Shown here one piece after another: positions 58,578 to 64,000 of a stretch of DNA of 64,000 nt. Both the position numbers and the translations under genes were made by a program. The stretch is from a virus, in IMG/VR virus record IMGVR_UViG_3300015607_002850, positions 2,512-66,511 of that record, one strand, 5' to 3'. The stretch's first letter is position 1. Every line of letters begins with the position of its first letter. Below the pieces are notes generated by a model. The model was not told the origin of the DNA. It did no database searches and was given only the letters and a program-made list of their open reading frames with translations.

Positions 58578-58628
58578 TCCAGGAACCCTCTACTTCAAAA
58601 TATATACCTTAAAATTTTTAAAATTTTA

Positions 58629-61600
58629 ATGGCTCAATTACCAGGGTTATTCCCAATATATCCAGATTCTCCAGTCGGTCCATTCCACGTATCATTATCA
58701 CTTCCTGCTATACCAAGTGAGATTTCAAAATTATATGGTAGTACATCTAGTGCTATATTACTTGTGCCAAATACTGATTACTTAGTTAAGTTTGTAAATG
58801 GTGATTTAGGAATTGCGGATAATCTTAAGAAAAGCATGATGTTAAAGAACATAAATGCTTGTAAAAATGAAGATGTATTTAAGCATTTTGCCAAAATGGT
58901 TAAGTTGGATATACCTGATCCATCAAAGTTCAAAACAAAAAATGGATATAGTGTCCCAAAAGGTTTGATATCAGTTGATCCATCAGATGATCTTATGGGT
59001 ATAAAGGCTATGGAGAAGACAATAATTAAGTCAATCTTTGAAACACAAAAGCCATATGTTGAAATTGCAAAGTTGGTTGTTGAAAATGTTGCAAAGATAG
59101 AGGATATCATAGCAAGGATTATGCCATTGTTGACACCAGGTGATGTGGCGACAAAACTAGCCGCAAAATCTGAGAAACCTAAGACGAATGCGGGTATTAC
59201 GAATGGTAGACCAAAAGCATTGGGTTATAACCAAGGACAAAGTGTAAAGCCAGGTCTTGGTAAATTACAATCACTTGCTAATAAGGGTAAAGTTGTAAAG
59301 TTAGACAGAAATGGGAATACAACCACAACACCACCAAGAACTGATCCGTCTGCTGTTAATGTTACTCAACCAGAATCAAACACAAGTGATGCTGTTAGTG
59401 GTGAATTTGAAATAATATCAACTGTCTATTCAACAGGTGAGTTTGATCCAAAGGTTGACTATAAATATATCTACAAAGATATAATTGATGATTCAATAAC
59501 TGATGGTGACTTGGCAGAACCTGGTGATATATCTATTGGTGATGATGATCCATATGCTAAATTAAAACCAAAAAGAGTAATATTTGGTATTTTCAATTCC
59601 AAAGGAGAACCATTGAATCCATTTAAGAAATTACAGGCACTTGATGCCTATGGTAATAAAGTGGATACACCATTTTATGCAGCTGATTGGATTACAAGGT
59701 CACCTAAGTGGGTATTTCCAAATAATATAAATAATCAAGGAGGGCAATTCTATTGGAATAGATTTGGATCTCCCTACTACTATTGGGAAAGATGGGGAGA
59801 GGTTATAAGGTCTCAAACTGAGCCATCTCCTGGTGAAAATAATCCATCCTATACAAAAAAGACATATGAGGATGGTAATAGAAAGGGTGAGTATATAATT
59901 GATTATTCTGGTACAAATGAGAAACAAGACTTTATAAATTATTTCACACACTTAGTATCTCTTAAAATAAATTCATCTGATGGATTGGATGCTCAAGAAA
60001 AGCAAGATTCAATTAATACTGTTATTAATAAACTATATGAAAAGGATGAGGAGGGAACCATACAAGTTGGACCTTATACACTTGAAAAGACACAAATAGA
60101 CAACCACTTAGATAACTGTTCTAAGTATGGTGTACTAGGTGGTGCCACATTTATAAATCCAAATAATGGACAACCAATGAGTGTTCCAAGTGCTATGAGA
60201 TTTCCACTTAAACCAGGTAAATTTAATCTTGGTGGTAATGATGTTTGGATGGATCCTGAATCTGATTATGACTTGAAGATAATAAAAGTTGATTCGGTTC
60301 TTGATATAGGATATAATGATGTCCAAGGTGAGCCAGAGGTAAATGCTCAAATATTAAGCTTCATAAAAAATTCAATTTCTATAACTGTAACTGGTGATGA
60401 TGGTTCTACAAAATTACCATTTAGTATAAGTGTTGCGAAGAATCAAAATGCACCAACAGCATCAGAGAATATAACGGAGTATCAACTCGATAACTGGAAT
60501 TATGATGATGAAGATGGTTTATTGGGTACAAAAGAACCGAAGATAAACAACCAAAATGTTTATAATATTGAGATGTGGAGATACTCATCAAATCCATTCT
60601 TTGTTGGTAAAAGTGAAGTGACATTTCCTATTCAAAATGATACGTATATAGAGATGAAAAATGAGTCCAACTCATCATCATTAATCAATAGTGGATCAGG
60701 CGTGGAAGAGACAATAAACACACAGGAGAATTGGACATACATGGAATATAAAAAGACATTTGAGACTAGTACAATAAATGCTATACCTAGTGGGTCAGCA
60801 TCATTTGTTTATGATGTAGAAGGTGCTCCGGTAAGTGGTGGTGAGATTGTAACTAAAGTTCATATAGGTGCTGATACATTAAACACTAATCAAGTAAATA
60901 GAGTTTACAGATGGTATTATAGAAAATCATCTACTGGGATAACTGATTGGTATACGACTCCACCATCAAGTTGGTTTACTGCTAACTTTGAATTGAGTTG
61001 GCAGTTATCTGGTAACATATCAACATATCCTAATGGTTCTCTACCACCAACAAAAGTAGTCGATGTTAAAGAATTTAATATTAAGAAAACATTTACTGGT
61101 ACTGCATCATTTTGGATTTTTGATGACCCAAAACTTAGAAAAGAAACTAGAACATATCAACAGGTTGCAAATGGAGAGAAGACACTTGGAGAGCAATCAT
61201 TGGTTGAAGTTGTAGATTATAAAGTTAAAAGATGGATAGTCTGGAGACAATCTGTTGGGCTTGGAAGCTCAATTAATAATAAAAATATAATGCCTGCCTA
61301 TCAGAGAAATAATAATGTTTCACTGTTATATAATACTTTTGGTAATAATCAGACATTAGATACTACATTAACAATTGATAATATTCCGGCTTTTCAAGTT
61401 AGGGTAAAAGATACCAGCAAATATGGTAAGATGATTGATCCTAGTAAGATTACTAATAATCATTTAACAAACCCTGAACTTTACTCATCTAGTAAATATG
61501 GTGGATCACCTCAGGAAGTTGGATTTCTTAGAAGATATATGAGAACAGAGTTAGATACCGAGACATATTACATAATTGAAGGAATACTTCAAGATGAGAA

Positions 61601-63224
61601 TATACAGAACGGTCCTAATGGAGGCAATCAGAATAATGCTAATCCAAATAATCAAAGTGGTGGTGGAACTGAGTGGTATAGAATGCCTAGTGCTCTTGGT
61701 GCTGTTAAGGTTTTCTTATCTATATTATCCGATATTTTTGCCAAACTTATACCAGCCATAAAGAAACTTCTTAATCTATTTAAGAATCCAGCGAAGTTTG
61801 TTACTGATATTATTTCGGAAAAGTTAGGAGAAAACTTTTTAATATTCTCACCAGAGGCGATGGCTGTTATGAAACAATTACCAAACATACCAATACCACA
61901 AAGAGAAGCATTCGTTAAAAAGTCTGTTCTGAATAATTATATCTCTGTTAATCCTGATGGTAGTTATAGATTTTTACTTGATGGTGCTGGCCTAATGAAG
62001 CTACCAATACTTGGTAATACAATTACATTTGGTATGGAGCTAGCTATGCTTAAGCCTATAATAAAATTGATATTCTCCATAGATTTTAATGAGATACCTA
62101 ATAACTCATTAGATTCATTCTTATCTAAAACGGATTTAGCATACAAGAAGTCACCTATTGATAGCTTGGGTAATATAAATGTCGACCCATCAAACGCTGT
62201 TAAGAATACAGTTGTTACTGAGTCAAATGGTAAAGAAAACGTTGAGGAAGTTAGTATAGTTTACTCAACTGGTAAATTTATACAAGGTGTTGACTATCAA
62301 TACATTTATGTTACTGAGTATGTTAATAAACTAATACAAGAAGCTGATGAGTTGGAGAGAACTAATGATCCTGATAATCTTGAAGAAGCCAAAGCAAAGT
62401 TAGACTTGGCATTGAAGTCAGATCCAAATAATCCTGTTATAAAAGCCAAACTCGATGATTTAATTAAGAAGACTAAAAGTTATATACAACCAATACTTAA
62501 ATTCCTTATTGAGATTGTATCTCTTCCAATAAAAATTATTGCTGGTATAATTCAATGGTTAATGGATTTCTTTCAAAGTTTAAGTAATCCAATGACACTT
62601 CCTAGTAAGATGAAGGACTTCATTTCATTTAAATGGATATTAGACTTTGTTAAACCTGATAAATTGTTGGAACTGGCTGGTATAAAATTTGATATTCAAA
62701 AATTATTAGATTGGATAAAAAATCTTAAAAATTATCCAGCAGGATATGAGTTTGATTTATCAGAGGTTATAGATATTGCTCTTTTAACAAAAATGCCAAA
62801 AGTTAAAAAGGAACAATTTATTGATATGCTTAAGAAGCCATTTAGAATATTGTTCTCAATATTGTGTTTCTTGGAATCACTAATAAATGGTATTATAGAT
62901 TTTATATGGGCACTTATGGGTATTGAAGTTATAATACCTGCACCACATATAAAATTATGTAGACAATTAAATGATAATTTAACTCCCGAAGATATGATGG
63001 ATATATTAAATGGTCTAATGAAAGACCAAGGTCCATTGAAAAGTAGTGATATTGGTAATCAAGCTGGCACAGCTGGTGCTGGTGGAAATGGTACAGGTGA
63101 AACTTATGATTTTATTTATGATATAAAATTATCAGATGGTAGAACACTTAGAGAGCTTAATGAGGAAGAACTTAGACAGTTCATTGAAGATAACAAGAAT
63201 ATCAGCTTTGACTTCCTTTTCTAA
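58629..63224 (+). CDS. large hypothetical protein, probably virion-associated (1531 aa)
   Basis: Internal repeat VYSTG.F...VDY.YIY (twice); amphipathic helical C-terminal region; late promoter. Confidence 0.65.
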   Translation: MAQLPGLFPIYPDSPVGPFHVSLSLPAIPSEISKLYGSTSSAILLVPNTDYLVKFVNGDLGIADNLKKSMMLKNINACKNEDVFKHFAKMVKLDIPDPSKFKTKNGYSVPKGLISVDPSDDLMGIKAMEKTIIKSIFETQKPYVEIAKLVVENVAKIEDIIARIMPLLTPGDVATKLAAKSEKPKTNAGITNGRPKALGYNQGQSVKPGLGKLQSLANKGKVVKLDRNGNTTTTPPRTDPSAVNVTQPESNTSDAVSGEFEIISTVYSTGEFDPKVDYKYIYKDIIDDSITDGDLAEPGDISIGDDDPYAKLKPKRVIFGIFNSKGEPLNPFKKLQALDAYGNKVDTPFYAADWITRSPKWVFPNNINNQGGQFYWNRFGSPYYYWERWGEVIRSQTEPSPGENNPSYTKKTYEDGNRKGEYIIDYSGTNEKQDFINYFTHLVSLKINSSDGLDAQEKQDSINTVINKLYEKDEEGTIQVGPYTLEKTQIDNHLDNCSKYGVLGGATFINPNNGQPMSVPSAMRFPLKPGKFNLGGNDVWMDPESDYDLKIIKVDSVLDIGYNDVQGEPEVNAQILSFIKNSISITVTGDDGSTKLPFSISVAKNQNAPTASENITEYQLDNWNYDDEDGLLGTKEPKINNQNVYNIEMWRYSSNPFFVGKSEVTFPIQNDTYIEMKNESNSSSLINSGSGVEETINTQENWTYMEYKKTFETSTINAIPSGSASFVYDVEGAPVSGGEIVTKVHIGADTLNTNQVNRVYRWYYRKSSTGITDWYTTPPSSWFTANFELSWQLSGNISTYPNGSLPPTKVVDVKEFNIKKTFTGTASFWIFDDPKLRKETRTYQQVANGEKTLGEQSLVEVVDYKVKRWIVWRQSVGLGSSINNKNIMPAYQRNNNVSLLYNTFGNNQTLDTTLTIDNIPAFQVRVKDTSKYGKMIDPSKITNNHLTNPELYSSSKYGGSPQEVGFLRRYMRTELDTETYYIIEGILQDENIQNGPNGGNQNNANPNNQSGGGTEWYRMPSALGAVKVFLSILSDIFAKLIPAIKKLLNLFKNPAKFVTDIISEKLGENFLIFSPEAMAVMKQLPNIPIPQREAFVKKSVLNNYISVNPDGSYRFLLDGAGLMKLPILGNTITFGMELAMLKPIIKLIFSIDFNEIPNNSLDSFLSKTDLAYKKSPIDSLGNINVDPSNAVKNTVVTESNGKENVEEVSIVYSTGKFIQGVDYQYIYVTEYVNKLIQEADELERTNDPDNLEEAKAKLDLALKSDPNNPVIKAKLDDLIKKTKSYIQPILKFLIEIVSLPIKIIAGIIQWLMDFFQSLSNPMTLPSKMKDFISFKWILDFVKPDKLLELAGIKFDIQKLLDWIKNLKNYPAGYEFDLSEVIDIALLTKMPKVKKEQFIDMLKKPFRILFSILCFLESLINGIIDFIWALMGIEVIIPAPHIKLCRQLNDNLTPEDMMDILNGLMKDQGPLKSSDIGNQAGTAGAGGNGTGETYDFIYDIKLSDGRTLRELNEEELRQFIEDNKNISFDFLF

Positions 63225-63266
63225 ACATTTCTTAATTTGTGGATATAAATAAAAAATAATATTATC

Positions 63267-63485
63267 ATGGGAAATAGTAGACATAGAAAGAACCACAAGA
63301 AGAAAGTTCAAGCAAGAAAGAATAAAATTGAACAAGAAAAAAATAGAATGAAGAAACTACAAAGAGAATTTATCATGAATTTGATAAAGAAAGAAGAAGA
63401 AAAGGGAATGTTTAAAGATACTCCTTCTATACCACCAGTTGGTCCTGTAGTTGAAGGCCCTATTGTTGATGGACCAGTCATTTAA
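63267..63485 (+). CDS. small basic hypothetical protein
   Basis: MGNSRHRKNHKKKV...; 72 aa. Confidence 0.65.
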   Translation: MGNSRHRKNHKKKVQARKNKIEQEKNRMKKLQREFIMNLIKKEEEKGMFKDTPSIPPVGPVVEGPIVDGPVI

Positions 63486-63493
63486 CACTGATG

Positions 63494-63670
63494 TTAGTAG
63501 AGCTTATTTGTTGATGTAGATTTAGTTTTAGATCTTTCAAATAATGCCGATTTAACTTTTTGGGTTAAATATTTTCTAGCTAATTCAGTCTTATCACTTG
63601 AAGGACTCTCAATTCTGCATTTGGTGAAATACCAATTTGCGAGTAATATTGAATCTATCTCTTCTTTCAT
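63494..63670 (-). CDS. hypothetical protein
   Basis: MKEEIDSILL start after a TATATA box. Confidence 0.45.
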   Translation of the reverse strand: MKEEIDSILLANWYFTKCRIESPSSDKTELARKYLTQKVKSALFERSKTKSTSTNKLY

Positions 63671-63724
63671 TGATAAAAACTTAATTTTAGTTATATATAA
63701 AAACAAAAAAATACTTTTTATATC

Positions 63725-64000
63725 GTGAGTAAAGCACAACTTAATATAAATATTAATAGAGACGAACCAACATTGAATGATTTCTTATATTGTTGGTCAT
63801 TATTTGGAACAAGACCGAATAAGATAATACTCTATAACACATACGCCACAAGCGATTTTAATGAAATCATATCAAAATTTACTGTTAGTAAAAATTCACT
63901 TACAGAGATAATACCTGATGGTGAAGACTATCTAATAAATGAAAAGGTATTTTTAAAAATATCTGACGAAATCTATATTTCTTTTGTAATTATAGATAGT
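63725..64000 (+). CDS. hypothetical protein, 3'-partial
   Basis: GTG start; frame open to window end (MSKAQLNINRDEPTLNDFLYCW-like). Confidence 0.55.
   Translation, partial: MSKAQLNININRDEPTLNDFLYCWSLFGTRPNKIILYNTYATSDFNEIISKFTVSKNSLTEIIPDGEDYLINEKVFLKISDEIYISFVIIDS

Noticed and set aside
3447..63335. Numerous 60-130 aa antisense or alternate-frame ORFs in the track (e.g. 4053-4427, 44046-44432, 52197-52592, 58778-59110)
   Set aside because: They lie within well-supported genes, have shadow-like composition and show no motifs.
1..64000. Stop-codon reassignment (code 15 or 4) as in some large phages
   Set aside because: Conserved genes are full length in code 11, and TAG and TGA both end genes at expected positions (e.g. 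TAG 28751-28753).
1..64000. Bacterial chromosome origin (dnaK, dnaJ, valS, adk, folA present)
   Set aside because: These genes are interspersed with gp32-like SSB, baseplate, neck and fibre genes, many homing nucleases and a phage-type promoter, and lack bacterial operon context.

Overview
AT-rich, gene-dense 64 kb segment of a very large T4-like (myovirus-type) jumbo phage read in the standard genetic code. The host is probably a Bacteroidota bacterium: TAnnTTTG promoter boxes, no Shine-Dalgarno motifs. The window contains a glycosyl-/methyltransferase cluster (1-7.6 kb); virion genes (tube-like, neck, baseplate wedge, repeat-rich fibre); a gp32-like SSB; nucleotide-metabolism genes (nrdB, adk, gmk, DHFR, a truncated GMP reductase/IMPDH); DnaK/DnaJ/GrpE; two RNA ligases; alarmone hydrolase, MazG and 2H-phosphoesterase genes; a Dam-type methylase; and seven free-standing homing endonuclease genes plus one fragment. 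Main observations: (1) a complete valine-sensing ribosome-mediated attenuator (unannotated Val-rich leader peptide plus 1:2, 2:3 and 3:4 stems) in front of a half-size phage valyl-tRNA synthetase. (2) Homing endonucleases of four unrelated families each carry, just upstream of a hairpin-embedded TAATATATA promoter, a 20-40 nt copy of a stretch of the neighbouring gene, while that gene carries a recoded version of the same stretch; these look like target-mimic operators. (3) A family of small proteins shares a C-terminal R-x-x-K-I-x-x-I/L tag, some fused to fragments resembling capsid or fibre proteins. (4) An N-terminal motif resembling the T4 capsid-targeting sequence sits on many proteins, including putative anti-defence enzymes. 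(5) A promoter-linked GC-rich structured RNA candidate. All family assignments are from motif recognition only; no database searches were run.
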